Positions 27,770 to 39,870 of a stretch of 64,000 nt of DNA are shown piece after piece. The DNA comes from Octopus sinensis. Lineage: Eukaryota. The translations under genes were made by a program, and so were the position numbers. The stretch covers positions 92,194,001 through 92,258,000 of the forward strand of contig NC_042997.1 in the NCBI RefSeq assembly GCF_006345805.1, given 5' to 3'. Within the stretch, counting starts at the first letter, position 1; each line of letters opens with the position of its first letter. Under the pieces are notes generated by a model. The model saw nothing but the letters and a program-made list of their open reading frames with translations. It had not been told where the DNA came from and searched no databases.

Positions 27770-29618
27770 ATGGCTATGAAGCGAACAGTTGGCTGTTCCT
27801 TCCTTCAAGATACATTCCCTCCGCAAACACACACAACTCATACAAAACACCCACTTCACGCCTTAAAAGGCAACAAAGATCCTCCTTCCGAACCGGAGAG
27901 CACGCGCTCCGTTCAAAAGGAGAATGCAAGCCAGGACGTCGCGTTCGACGTAATTCTCGATTTTCCCCCTCTGCCTTCACCCAATGCTTTGGTACGGAAG
28001 GAGGAGGAAGGAAAAACAATTACAAAAATCATTACAAACATTGACACGGAGAAAAAAGAAAAAACTTCCAACAATTTTGCTTCTGCTGCGAAGCAAATTT
28101 TGGAGGAAGTTAAGATAACTCTAGAAGATGTGAAAAGAGCGAAGGAGTTGTTGAGGAAGGATGGCAATGGCATCTTCCTCAATACTCCACAAGAGGTGAT
28201 TGAAAGCACCAACAAGAAAACAATAATATACAAAGTTTTCGACAGAAAACTAAAAAGAATGACAAATGCCACACCCCAACAGTTGGAGATAGCTCTAAAG
28301 CCCATTTGGGCCCAAAAGAGCTACGTAACCAAGGGGAAGCGTTTTGGAACCGTGGAGGTTCGCTTCCCAACAGAGGAGCTTGCAAGGGCGAACGCCATTT
28401 CGCCCTTGCAAACTGAGAATTTGTTACTAGTTCCGACCCACCTCGGGCGAAGAGTAACAAAAATAAAAATCGACCTCGCCCCCCCCTGAGCTAGATATGT
28501 CATGGCTGGTGGCAGCTGTCCTCTATGATATAGAGGACACTACCACCATTCTAGATGTCAGGAGAGTGAGGGCGAAAAACTGGTTGGGGATGGGAGTGCT
28601 GCTTCTTGCGCAAATTCAGCAAGAGAATATCAGCAAAGTCCCTGATTTCGTAAGTTTGCCGGACGGCACCAGGCTAAACGTTGCTGTGGAGGGGCGAAAG
28701 CCAAAATGTTTCCTCTGCAGCAGCGAAAGCCACTTAAAGAGGGACTGTCCCATTCACAAAAAGAGGATGGAGGCTTTCAGCAAGAGGCAGCAGCAACAAC
28801 AACAACAACAACAACAACAACACAAGCAACAACAACAGAAACAACAAAAACAGCAAGAAACACCAAAGGCTGCCACACCACCAACACCATCACCAACACC
28901 AGCACCAAGACGAACAACACCACCTCCAACAACAACAACCACCACCAAACCAACACCGACAACCACCACCAAACCAACACCGACACCAGTACCTCGAAGG
29001 TCGACAGCAGCGACATCAACAGCAACAGGAGCAGCGGCACCACCGATACCGGCGGAACCAAAAACCTTTCGTCCTGCTACTGAAGCAGACCCCTCAACCA
29101 TTCCTTTGCCGGATGAAGAGTCGGATTGTGCGAGCTCTGATTCCAACAAAGGAGAATGGAGTATAGTGCCTCCAAAGAAGAAAAGGAGGAAGAAACAAAA
29201 AGATTTACAGGGGAAGCACGAACAAATAGTGCTTCCCAACATCAACAACAACAACAACACACACTCACAACAACAAACAACAACACTTTCGACACCACTA
29301 CTGCCACTGTCACACACACAAACACACACAGACACAATTACATCAATAAACACAAAGAACCAAAAACTAGTGGAGTACTTAAAAAACAAAACTAGTACAA
29401 ATATAACCGATTTCATCATACCAACACAAAACACACCACCAGCACACATTCTCACAATAAAAATAAATGCAAAAACATATGATGAAATCAAACAAATATT
29501 CCCTAACGATGTGGGATCGCTAAGGAAAAGTTTCTCGAAGAAACTTTATAAAAACATTGTGGAAGCACCCGTGCAAAAGCACAAGGGAGCCACCCCCACC
29601 ACCAACAACAGTAAGTAG
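27770..29618 (+). CDS. LINE ORF1 (gag-like, CCHC zinc knuckle), split by a +1 shift in a C8 run near 28479-28486
   Basis: ORFs 27731-28489 and 28497-29618 join as DLAPPELDMSW if one C is removed. Contains CFLCSSESHLKRDC, polyQ and a P/T-rich tract. Confidence 0.85.
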
Positions 29619-29658
29619 AGCCTTTTTTCTCCTTTTTTTTTTCCCCTACTTTTGAGAC

Positions 29659-32600
29659 ATGGCAAATCTTAGAATCGGTTGCTTGAATGTGAGAGGCCTT
29701 GGGTCACCTTGGAAACAGGGTCACCTGTTAAACGACCTGAGGTTTCATGATGTGGATGTAGCAGCCATCAGTGAAACCAGGCTCTCCGACCCGCAGGAAC
29801 TCGCAGCCCTTTTCGGCGGATACGAGATATTTCTATCTCCGTGTCAGCCGGGAGCGGGCGGTGGTGGTACTGCGGTGTTGTTTCGGAAGGGCCTGGACCT
29901 GAAAATAAGGACAGTCTTCTTGGATCCGGAAGGTAAGTTGGTGGTCCTCGACGTCGACGGTAGTAACGGCGGTGCTTTCAGACTGCTGGCTGCCTACGCT
30001 CCGACAGGAGCAGGGCAGTCGGATTATTTCAAACGTCTGGAAGTTTTCCTGGGAACGTCACGCACTCTAGTGCTAGTTGGGGATTGGAACGCTGTCTTAG
30101 ATGAACGTTTCGATCGGGTGGGCAGGGGAGCGTCTGATAGGAGAGGGGCAGGGTGCAAGAGCCTCACCAACCTACTCGGCCGCTTTCAGCTGTCCAACAG
30201 GTTTCGACTAGACAACCCGAATGTGCCAATGTGGACTTGGACAAACCGCATCGGGTCGTCTAGATCGTACTTAGATAGAGTGTTTTGTAGGCCAGCGGAT
30301 AAGGACAGCGTAGGGTGTCCACAATTCCACCTAGTCGAATATACAGACCACAAATTAGTGATCTGTACGGTCGACTTAGATAGGCTACATAGACAGGGAC
30401 CCGGCTACTGGAAGCTGAACGCGTCGTTAACGGCGTGCAAAGCTTACAGAGACCGGATTAGTTTACTAGTTAAGCGGGCGCTCACGGGGGCAATCATCAA
30501 CAACAACTGGTGGTTTGCCCTCAAGAGAGCAATTAGAGTAGAGTCGATTAGGTATAGTAAGACTCTAGCTATTGAACGTAGGAAGAGAGAGCGGGATTTA
30601 GTTAAGAAACTAGACGAGGCTCTTGACACTGGCATCGCGACCGACGTGTTGGCGGCAAGGTTGGCCCTCGACCAACACTTCGACGCCAAACACGAAGGCT
30701 GCGTTGTCAGAGCTAAGGCACGTTCGCTAAGCGGGGAGGGGACTAGAGCCGCTCGATGGGCCCGCGTGGCGGAGGCGAAGCGAGGCAACAGAGCAACCAT
30801 TCGGTCTTTGGTGGACCAGAACGGGCGCGAGGTTACCAAACCGAAGCAGATGTGTACGGTGCTTCAGCGGCACTTTGCTCAACTGTTTGGGACGAGCGGT
30901 GGAACGGACACCAACGGTACAGACTTCGGTGTGTACCTGGACGGCCTACCGCAACTCTCGGACAGCGAGGCAGAGTGCTGCGAAGGACCGATATCTGCCT
31001 GGGAAGTACAGGAAGCGATGAAGAGTTGCACGAGAGGTAGATCGCCGGGTTTGGATGGTCTGCCCTACGAGCTTTACTTTTCAATGCCAGACTTGTTTGC
31101 GGACCTGTTGGCAAACGTCTACTGCAACTGGCAGCAAAACGGGAGAATTCCTGCTTTTGTCTGTCAAGGGGTGGTGGCTGTGCTAAAGAAGGACCCAAAC
31201 AAGGGGGACGTTATAGGGAATTTCCGGCCCATCACTCTGCTCAATGCAGAGTTGAAGATTTTGGCCAAGGTGCTAGCCAAGAGATTGGCGCTTGTCGTGG
31301 ACAAGCTGGTCGGCAAGACGCAGACATGCGCTGTGCCGACCAGGTCGATACACGACAACCTCCATCTCATGCGCTACATCATAGAGAGGGTGGGTAACGA
31401 CGCTGGCGCGGGTGGGGCTTTGATCAATTTGGATCAGAGTAAAGCCTTCGATAGGGTCGACCATCGGTACCTGGCAGCTGTCCTCAAGGCAGCCGGCTTC
31501 GGTCCAGTCTTCCGCGGGTGGATAGCTGCTTTATACAGCAACATCTGCTCGGTGATACGGGTGAACGGTCACCTTTCGGAACCGTTCGACATCTCGCGTT
31601 CGGTCCGCCAAGGATGCCCTCTCTCCTCCCTCTTGTACATTTTGACTCTCGAGCCATTACTGCGCAAGTTGGAGGCTTTGAGGGGTATCCCGCGTGATCT
31701 AGGAGGCGGAAACAGCGTGTCTGCTTATGCCGACGACGTCACCGTGGTGGTGTCGAGCCACAGGCACATTGGCGAGACGCTAAACCAGTACGAAGCGGTG
31801 ACAGGAGCAAAGATTAACGCGGAAAAGTCTGTGGGCTTGCAACTGGGCACCTGGAGAGGCAAGCCCATGCCGTCCAACAGCGTCGTAGGGCGCTGGACAG
31901 ACGGACCCGTTAAACTGCTTGGGGTCTGGTTCGGTCCGGACCTCCAGGTGGATAAGAACTGGGAAGAGGTGACGAGCAGGGTGGCACGTCTCACCCAGAA
32001 ATGGGCCGAGAGGAAGCTGTCCCTGAAAGGTCGAGCGGAGGTGGCGAATGCGTACATCGCATCCGTCATCTATTACCGCTTGACCGTCGTCCCTTGTCCC
32101 GACCACTGGTTGGCCAAGCTGGTACGCCTGCTCTTCGACTTTTTGTGGAAGGGTCAGGTGCCACTGGTCAGGCGATCCATCTGCTGTCAACGACCGCTGA
32201 ACGGAGGCCTTGGAATGCCGTGGTTGCTGTTGCGCAGACATGCGCTCAGGCTGCGGCATCTCAAGCGCTTCCTAGACGGTGAACAGGTGTGGTCGTCTTT
32301 TGTCAGATGCGATTTTCCGCAACTCGTCCCTTTGACGGAGCTGCAGACCTGGATCAAACGTAGACCGAGAAAGGGCGCTTGGCACCTCGAGTGCCGTCAA
32401 GCCCTCTCCGCCCTCCGCCAGGCGGGCAATGCGATTGGTTACAGCTCCACTCTAGCGTTCTATAGAGGGTTAGTGGAGGAAAAATGCGACGACGTTCTCG
32501 GGGAAACTCTAGGCGTTGAAGATGACGAACTGTGCGGTCTGTTCGGGAGGACTTTCGGGCCGGGGCCGATGGATAATTTCCAGAGGTCTCTCGCCTGGCA

Positions 32601-33084
32601 GTGCTACCGAGGGGCTCTGCCTGTTCGAGATAAACTCTACCGGCACGGAAGTGCCATCAGCCGGGCCTGCCCGAGGTGTTGCCAGGACGACGAAACCGTT
32701 CTGCACGCACTCGTTCAGTGCCCGAGTATTGCTGAAATATGGGTTTATGTCGAACAGCTACTGTCACGTGTAGGACGGATCCGACTATCGGCCGAATCCA
32801 TAGTGAAGATTGCCCCGCCGACCTCCTTCAACAAGGAGGGCGAGGCCGTTTTCTTGTGCCTAGTGGCTGTGGCGAAAGAGGTCGTGTGGTGGACTCGTTT
32901 GAAAGGGCTAAAGACAGACACTTTCCTCTTTGGTCAAGGCCTCATCAACTTTTTCAAGTTTCACTTGAAAAGGAAGATGAGGTTAGAGAGGAAAGTGCTG
33001 TCCGATAGCAAGTTTTATGAAAGGTGGGTGAATTGTGCGAGACTGGCCTGTATAAATGGACCAGTTCTCAGGTTTCGCCTGTGA
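29659..33084 (+). CDS. LINE ORF2: AP endonuclease + reverse transcriptase + C-terminal zinc finger (1141 aa, uninterrupted)
   Basis: LNVRGL, ISETR, GDWN, LDRVF, TDH; SPGLDG, FRPITLLN, DQSKAFDRV, RQGCPLS, YADD; CPRC..ETVLHALVQC. Confidence 0.95.
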   Translation: MANLRIGCLNVRGLGSPWKQGHLLNDLRFHDVDVAAISETRLSDPQELAALFGGYEIFLSPCQPGAGGGGTAVLFRKGLDLKIRTVFLDPEGKLVVLDVDGSNGGAFRLLAAYAPTGAGQSDYFKRLEVFLGTSRTLVLVGDWNAVLDERFDRVGRGASDRRGAGCKSLTNLLGRFQLSNRFRLDNPNVPMWTWTNRIGSSRSYLDRVFCRPADKDSVGCPQFHLVEYTDHKLVICTVDLDRLHRQGPGYWKLNASLTACKAYRDRISLLVKRALTGAIINNNWWFALKRAIRVESIRYSKTLAIERRKRERDLVKKLDEALDTGIATDVLAARLALDQHFDAKHEGCVVRAKARSLSGEGTRAARWARVAEAKRGNRATIRSLVDQNGREVTKPKQMCTVLQRHFAQLFGTSGGTDTNGTDFGVYLDGLPQLSDSEAECCEGPISAWEVQEAMKSCTRGRSPGLDGLPYELYFSMPDLFADLLANVYCNWQQNGRIPAFVCQGVVAVLKKDPNKGDVIGNFRPITLLNAELKILAKVLAKRLALVVDKLVGKTQTCAVPTRSIHDNLHLMRYIIERVGNDAGAGGALINLDQSKAFDRVDHRYLAAVLKAAGFGPVFRGWIAALYSNICSVIRVNGHLSEPFDISRSVRQGCPLSSLLYILTLEPLLRKLEALRGIPRDLGGGNSVSAYADDVTVVVSSHRHIGETLNQYEAVTGAKINAEKSVGLQLGTWRGKPMPSNSVVGRWTDGPVKLLGVWFGPDLQVDKNWEEVTSRVARLTQKWAERKLSLKGRAEVANAYIASVIYYRLTVVPCPDHWLAKLVRLLFDFLWKGQVPLVRRSICCQRPLNGGLGMPWLLLRRHALRLRHLKRFLDGEQVWSSFVRCDFPQLVPLTELQTWIKRRPRKGAWHLECRQALSALRQAGNAIGYSSTLAFYRGLVEEKCDDVLGETLGVEDDELCGLFGRTFGPGPMDNFQRSLAWQCYRGALPVRDKLYRHGSAISRACPRCCQDDETVLHALVQCPSIAEIWVYVEQLLSRVGRIRLSAESIVKIAPPTSFNKEGEAVFLCLVAVAKEVVWWTRLKGLKTDTFLFGQGLINFFKFHLKRKMRLERKVLSDSKFYERWVNCARLACINGPVLRFRL

Positions 33085-33462
33085 TTTCAAAAAGGTAATG
33101 TAAAAGGAGAAAAAAAGGGGACTCTCTACACCCCCTTTTTAGACCAGGCTCCCGTTGGCTTTTGTAGGGTTTTTTCCACCAGGAACCTTTCGAAACGTCT
33201 CCCCCTTTTGGGAGTTTTTCATTGTTTTAATAATCATTGTTATAAAGTTTTTTACACGGATTTTTTAACAAACGGACAAAACCCTTTGTAACCTTTCGTC
33301 CTGTCTTGTCCCTTTATGTAATCATGCGTGTCAGCCCTTGTGGCCAATAAAAAAGAATTGATTATTATTATTATTAACACTAAAAGTAAAAAACAAAATG
33401 ATTTGCAAGGAAAGAGTATGTTAAAAAAGTGTTTCTCTGCTTTTTTAAAAATACTAGTTCTA

Positions 33463-33610
33463 TAGGTATAGGTGTGGCTGTGAGGTAAGAAGCTTGCATC
33501 CCAACCACATGGTTCAGTACTGTGTGGCACTTTGGGCAAGCCTCTTCTACTATAGTCATGGGCTAACCAAAGTTTTGTGAGTGGATTTGGTAGACAGAAA
33601 ATAAGTGTGT
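33463..33610 (+). mobile_element. SINE family A head fragment
   Basis: ggtataggtgtggctgtgaggtaag...gtggatttggtagacagaaa. Confidence 0.75.
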
Positions 33611-33653
33611 GTGTGTGTGTATATATGTATATATATATATATATATATATGGT

Positions 33654-35460
33654 AAAGGTGATGCTTTACATACAAATAATTACAGAGGTATCAAGTTGTT
33701 GGATCAGGTAATGAAGGTCATGGAGAGGGTTATAGCCCAACTAATTAGGGAGAGATTCAGTTTAGATGACATGCAGTGTGGGGTTCATGTCAGGAAAAAG
33801 CACCACCAATGCTATATTTCTGGTAAGACAGCTGCAGGAGAAATACCTACCCAAAGATAAACCTCTGTACCTGGCTTTCGTTGACATGGAGAAAGCCTTT
33901 GACAGGGTCCCCCAATCCCTTATCTGGTGGTCAATGAGGAAACTAGGGATAAATGAATGGTTAGTGAGAGCTGTGCAAGCCATGTACAGGGATACTGTCA
34001 GTAAGATGAGAGTTGGCAACGAATAGTGAAGAATTCCGGGTAGAAATAGGGGTCCACCAAGGTTCGTCCTCAGCCTCCTCCTATTTATCATAGTCCTCCA
34101 GGCAACAACAGAGGAATTCAAGACAGGATGCCCCTGGAGCTCCTCTATGCTGACAACCTTGCTCTAATTGCTGAGTCACTATCAGAACTGGAGGAGAAGT
34201 TTCAGGTGTGGAAACAAGGATTAGAATTGAAAGGGCCTTAGAGTCAACCTAATTAAAACCAAAGTCCTAATAAGTAGGAAGGCAGGCAAACCACAAATCC
34301 CTTCGGGTAGATGGTCCTTCTCGATCTATAGAAAACGTGTGGGTAGAAACTTTATAAGATATACCCAGTGTAAGCTATGGACACATAAGAGGTGCAGCAA
34401 TATCAAAGGAAGGCTAACTGGGAAGACAGTTTTATATGTGGCAGATGCTCAGGAGCAACAAACACTGAAAATGTGCAGAGAACAACTTCTGCCACATTCC
34501 AGGGAGAAAAACTAGAAGTAGTTGATAGCTTCCATTACCTAGGTGACCAAGTCAGTAGCGGAGGAGGGTGCACTGAAAGTGTAGCTGCTAGAATAAGAAT
34601 AGCCTGGGCAAAGTTCAGAGAGCTCTTACCTCTGCTGGTGACAAAGGGCCTCTTGCTCAGAGTAAAAGGTAGACTGTATGACGCATGTGTACGAACAGCC
34701 ATCCTACATGGCAGTGAAATATGGGCCATGACTGCTGAGGACATGCGTAAGCTCGCAAGGAATGATGCCAGTATGCTTCGATGGATGTGTAATGTCAGTG
34801 TGCATACTTGACAGAGTGTAAGAACCTTGAGAGAAAAGTTGGACCTAAGAAGCATCAGATGTGGTGTGCAAGAGAGACGACTGAGCTGGTATGGTCGTGG
34901 CGAGAATGGATAAGGATAGCTGTGTGAAAAAGTGCCACACCCTAGAGGCTGAGGAAACATGTGGAAGAGGTAGACCCAGGGAGACCTGGGATGAAGTGGT
35001 GAAGCACGACCTTCGAACATTAGGCCTTACTGAGGCAATGACTAGCAACTGAGACCTTTAGAAATATGATGTGCTTGAGAAGACCCAGCAAGCCAAGTGT
35101 GACCATAACCTCATGGCCTATGCCAGGGGTGTAACCAGCCCACTTATGCATACCTATCCTTCATTGGACACTAAACTCTGCTTGCAAAGACCTGTTGAGG
35201 CAAGTGAAATTGAAATCAAAGTGCTAAGAGCACCATCCAAGCGTGATCATTACCAGAGCAGCTAACTGGCTTCCATGCCGGTAGCACGTAAAAGCACCCA
35301 TTACACTCCCAGAGTGGTTGGCATTATGAAGGGCATCCAGCTGTAGAAGCTCTGCCAGATCAGATTGGAGCCTGGTGCAGCCATCTGGTTTGCCAGTCCT
35401 CAGTCAATTGTTGAACCCATGCTAGCACGGAAAGTGAACGTATGATGATGATGATGATGA
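33654..35460 (+). mobile_element. 5'-truncated RTE-clade LINE relic with 3' UTR and (GAT)n tail
   Basis: NNYRGIKLL, AFVDMEKAFDRV, GVHQG, LLYADNL, ICGRC, HGSEIW, with multiple stops and frameshifts. Confidence 0.92.
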
Positions 35461-36261
35461 TAATATATATACATCTGCACGTGTGTGTGTGTGTGTCTGT
35501 CTGCCCCCTACCACTGGTTGACAACTGGTGTTGGTGTGTTTACATCCCCATAACCTGGCAGTTCAGCAACAGAGACCAATAGAATAAGTATCAGGCTTAA
35601 CAAAATACACAAAAACAAAATACTGGGGTTAATTCATTCGACTAAAAAAATTGTTCAAGATGGTGCCCCAGCATGGCCACAGCGTAATGACTGAGAAAAG
35701 ATATGCAGTAAAATGTATCTTTTGACTCCTAATTGTAGAATTAAAATAATCTGAGGCAACTAAATTCTAATCATATTTAATAAAAATTTATAGCTTTATA
35801 ATTTTTGTATATTGTGATTAGGAAATCAGCTATGTTCATCAGTATTGAAAATGCTGATTTTTGCCAAGTCAAAGCTAATACATGATGTAAGATGAGCAGA
35901 GCTATCTGAGTAATAACCAGATGTCCCAACAAATACATGATGCATCTGATTAGACAACTGAAACTGCTTTCTTGCACATAACCCTATGGTAAAACAGATG
36001 CTTAGTGATATGATGAACACCTAAAAGACAAATTCTGAACTGAACATTTTGGAATTTAAGGAGAAAACAAGCAATTTTGTACTTGAAATTCAGGTTTACA
36101 ATTATTGTGTGTTGACATAAAGACTGTAACATTTAAGTTTCTCTCAAAAGACAATCCAGGCAAGAAATTTCCAAGCTAGAAGAAAATCTGGTTTAATTTA
36201 ATAATCAAATTTAATCTGAAGTCCATTGATAGGTGATTAATGTTATTCTACTGCATTAAGC

Positions 36262-36505
36262 TGGCAGAATCATTAGCATGCCAGTCACCATGCTTAGTGG
36301 TATTTTGTCTGTCGTTATGTTCTGAGTTCACATTCCACTGAAGTCGACTTTCCTTTCATCTTTTTGGGGTCGGTAAAATAAATACCAGTGGAGCACTAGG
36401 GTTGATAAAGTAAGTACTAGTGGAGCACTGGGGGTCAATATATTTAACTTAACCCCTCCCCTGAAATTACTGGCCAGGTGCCAAAAATTGAAAGCAATAT
36501 TATTC
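36262..36505 (+). mobile_element. SINE family B
   Basis: agctggcagaatcattagcatgcc...gagttcacattcc...gtcgactttcctttcatc. Confidence 0.75.
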
Positions 36506-38139
36506 CATTGTGGAAAGGCATCCAGCTGTAACAACTATTCTGAAACAGACACAGAAGTCTGGTGCAGGCTCCTGCCTGGCCAGTTCCTATCAAACTGTCC
36601 AACCCATGCCAGCATGAAAGGCAGACATTAGACATTAAACGATGATGATGATTTAACTACTTTTCTTTAGAGTTTAATTGTAATTTTTTACATGTACTGT
36701 TGCTAAAAGAACAAGTAAATTTCAAATTTCCCCTCAAAGTGTGGGGTTTTACATTGTTCAGAATAAATCATGAATTAGAGGGTGGTACTGCTGTGCAACA
36801 GAAAGACCTGCTAAATCTAGAATTTGGTCTGGATTACTAGTGCTGCTTTGAATCATATATTAATAACCAATGAAAAGATTTTAATGTCATAACTTTGCAT
36901 TTCTTGTCAATTTTATAACAAAAAGAATTTTGACCATGAGAGAAATATTTATACTAATTTTAAAATCTCTTAAATCAGAGTAAACATTTTTGAAAAAAAT
37001 ATCTTTAACCAGTCCATAAGCATATTAGAAAGCTTGCCTAATGTGCTAGTTTCATTTAACTCTTCTGTAACCAAATTTCTAATAAAATACACTAGCTGTG
37101 CATTTTAATTAATTGGAAATTAAAAGTTTGAAGAGATTTGATAAAATAACCTTTTTCACTATTAAATATAAAATATAATTAATAAAAATTTGTACATAAC
37201 TTATGATGGAAGAATGTTAATTTTGACATAAACACTTTAATGTGAGTTTTGTATTAGTCTCAGAGGTGCTGGTGCCAAAAGGGTTTAAAAAGAGCCAAAG
37301 CTTGGGGAACTTTTTTTTTTAGAAATTATGCATATCTTTTTTAAAGTTTATGAAAAATCGGTAGTGTTTAAATTTGTTAACTCTCCATTAACACTATTTT
37401 GTTTTTTAAACTTCTGTGTCTAAGCCAAGTGAAAAAGCTTTTTTGTTTCAAGGTATGTTCAATTTATTTCTATCAAGATTACAACAGTTAAATTTATTGT
37501 TTCCATGAATTAGCAACATAAAGACAAAAACAGCAACAACAAAAAACTTGTGACATATTTTACCAGTTAACTAATGCAATAATTTAGTACTTGGCTTGTA
37601 TAACTAAAAACATTCTAATAAATGTAATTGTCTATTTTCAATTGTTATATCCATTTCTTTCAAAAGGCAATTTACTACAAGTTGTAACATTAGAGAGGTA
37701 TCCTATAAAGGTATGATTCTATGCTACAACAATTTCATTTAAATTAGAGAGTTAATGGAATGCTTTTATCAACCAGTAGTTTAACATAGACGCATAAAAA
37801 TTTAAAGAGAACAATACCATAATCTGATCATTTTTAAGAGGATTAATTGTAGAACACTAAGCAAATATGCAACTTACAAGTCAGTTATCATCATCATTGT
37901 CCACTTTATGTTTGCATGAGTTGGATGAAACTTTCTGAGACAGATTTTTTTTTTTTACAGGGAGATGCCCTTCCTACTGCCAACTTTCACCTGTTTCCAA
38001 GTATTGTAATATTTCTTCATGACCAGACATGACCGAAACTATAATTACTATTACGTTTACAAATATTGTCATCATAGTTAGACAGTTCTGTATAAATGCA
38101 CAATTCCAAGATGCTCTGTTATAAATCAACTCATTGATA

Positions 38140-38490
38140 ATGGCATCAATTTCCAAGTTCACTCTAATTAATCCCATTCAATTATTCTCCGACCTGTCAT
38201 TCTGTATATTACAGTACTCCCCCACATTAACGTAACAAGCTGGATATCATTTTCACATTGAATATCCATAAAATAATACTCAGCTCCTTCCACTCCATTT
38301 GTTTTATAACCTCTACTTTCACTGCTCAAGTTTTGCTGCTAAACAGCAACACAAGTTCAACAACTGCATTACAGTCTCTTTCAAACAGAGGAAAAATATT
38401 AGTTTGCCATAATAAAAGGCAACGGATTCTTTACTTTCTTCCACTCACTTCATATTCTAGACATTATTAACAAAGCAGCTTTCTTCAGAA
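38140..38490 (-). mobile_element. Old RTE fragment
   Basis: WKKVKNPLP and AVKVEVIKQMEWKELSIILW resemble the RTE C-terminal segment at about 34610-34800. Confidence 0.5.
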
Positions 38491-39816
38491 TTTAGTAACA
38501 AAACACTTAATAAAAAATGATTTAATACGATACTTCTATAAACGAGAACTGAAATTAATATTCATTTAAGTTAGAAACAGTTCTACAATGAATTTAAGAG
38601 TCAATATTCCCTGAACTTATATATTGTTATTTATTTTCTATGAAGACTTTAAAATTAGCATAATTTAACTAGTCACTTTTTTTTAAATTCCAAAATATTT
38701 TAAAATAAATCACAGATAATACTTGTGGGCGAGCATGAATTATTCATAATACACAACGGAAAATTTAGACTATACAGAACACTGAATAAAAACATGAGCT
38801 TGTAATTTATTGAAATTATATTGTCACACTTGCATAAAAGTTGCAAATGTCATAAGTTTGAAAGGATATATTTATTCCAAAGACATCACAGTTAGCTAAT
38901 CAGAATAAAGAAATTAAACATAACATTAACCACTCACTAGTGTTATTCAAAATTAGGCAAATGTCAGTCAATTCAAACAAACTAGTTTTGTCTTCTATTT
39001 TCAGAGAGAGAGAGGGAGAGAGAAAGAGATAGATAGATAGATAGCGAGAGATTGATTTAGAATTACTAGAATATACAGGAATTTCAAATTTTGTCAAAGA
39101 TGAAATATAATTTGAAAATTCCAAACCCCAAAATTAACTTAAGTTCTTAATAAATAGATGGAAACATGATATCAGACTATAAACACTGAATTCAAATATT
39201 ATTGAGAATCACTTTAGCTTTCATCTCTTCAGGGTCAATAGCATAAGAAGCAATAATGTATAGTGGGGTGAGTCAACTGACTATACACCCTGTCATAAAT
39301 TTGCAGTCTTATGACATTGTAACAAATCAATAAATGAAGAAAAAAAAAAAAGAAATAACAGAAGAGTGGATTAGATACTCTTCAATATTTGGTTTCTATT
39401 TGTTTCAAAGTTTAAATACATGTATAAGTATGTCTTACCTTCTTATAAAGTGGATTAAAAGAGTGCAAGTTTTATAATGGTGCTTATTTAACTGTTCATG
39501 TACACTTTTCTCTGTATCCAGTTAAAAGGAAGGTGTTAATAATTACAATGCATTTCTCAACACACCTACTATCTAGGTGATCTTAGTATGGAATTGTGTG
39601 ATCAGTAAGTAGTCTTAGTGCAATGCCCCAAAGAAATGATTATGAGGAAACACTCCTAGAAATTGTGATGTACTTACTTACTGCAGTACAGGTAAGTGCA
39701 AAATAATAAATCTGCCCACTTCTGTCCAATCCTACATCTTATGATTATGAATAAGACACTATATATTTCTACTAATTCAATATTTATTCTTTCATATGGT
39801 ATGTTTACTAAATTAC

Positions 39817-39870
39817 CTGGGTTTGAAGTCTGTATGAAGACTGAAGACTCTTATATACATAATCACATTG
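39817..39870 (-). other. Candidate upstream exon (54 nt) of the host gene
   Basis: Strong acceptor ttgttcttttgcag| and donor CCAG|gtaatt on the minus strand, in unique sequence. No transcript evidence. Confidence 0.4.

Larger units (their letters stand above)
27540..33360 (+). mobile_element. Full-length Tx1/L1-clade non-LTR retrotransposon
   Basis: Two ORFs, AATAAA at 33346, (ATT)11 at the 5' flank and (ATT)5 at the 3' flank. GC- and CpG-rich relative to the flanks. Confidence 0.92.

Noticed and set aside
28706-29491. Alternative-frame and antisense ORFs over the ORF1 CAA repeats, and antisense ORFs within ORF2
   Set aside because: They are explained by low-complexity sequence and high GC content in the LINE.
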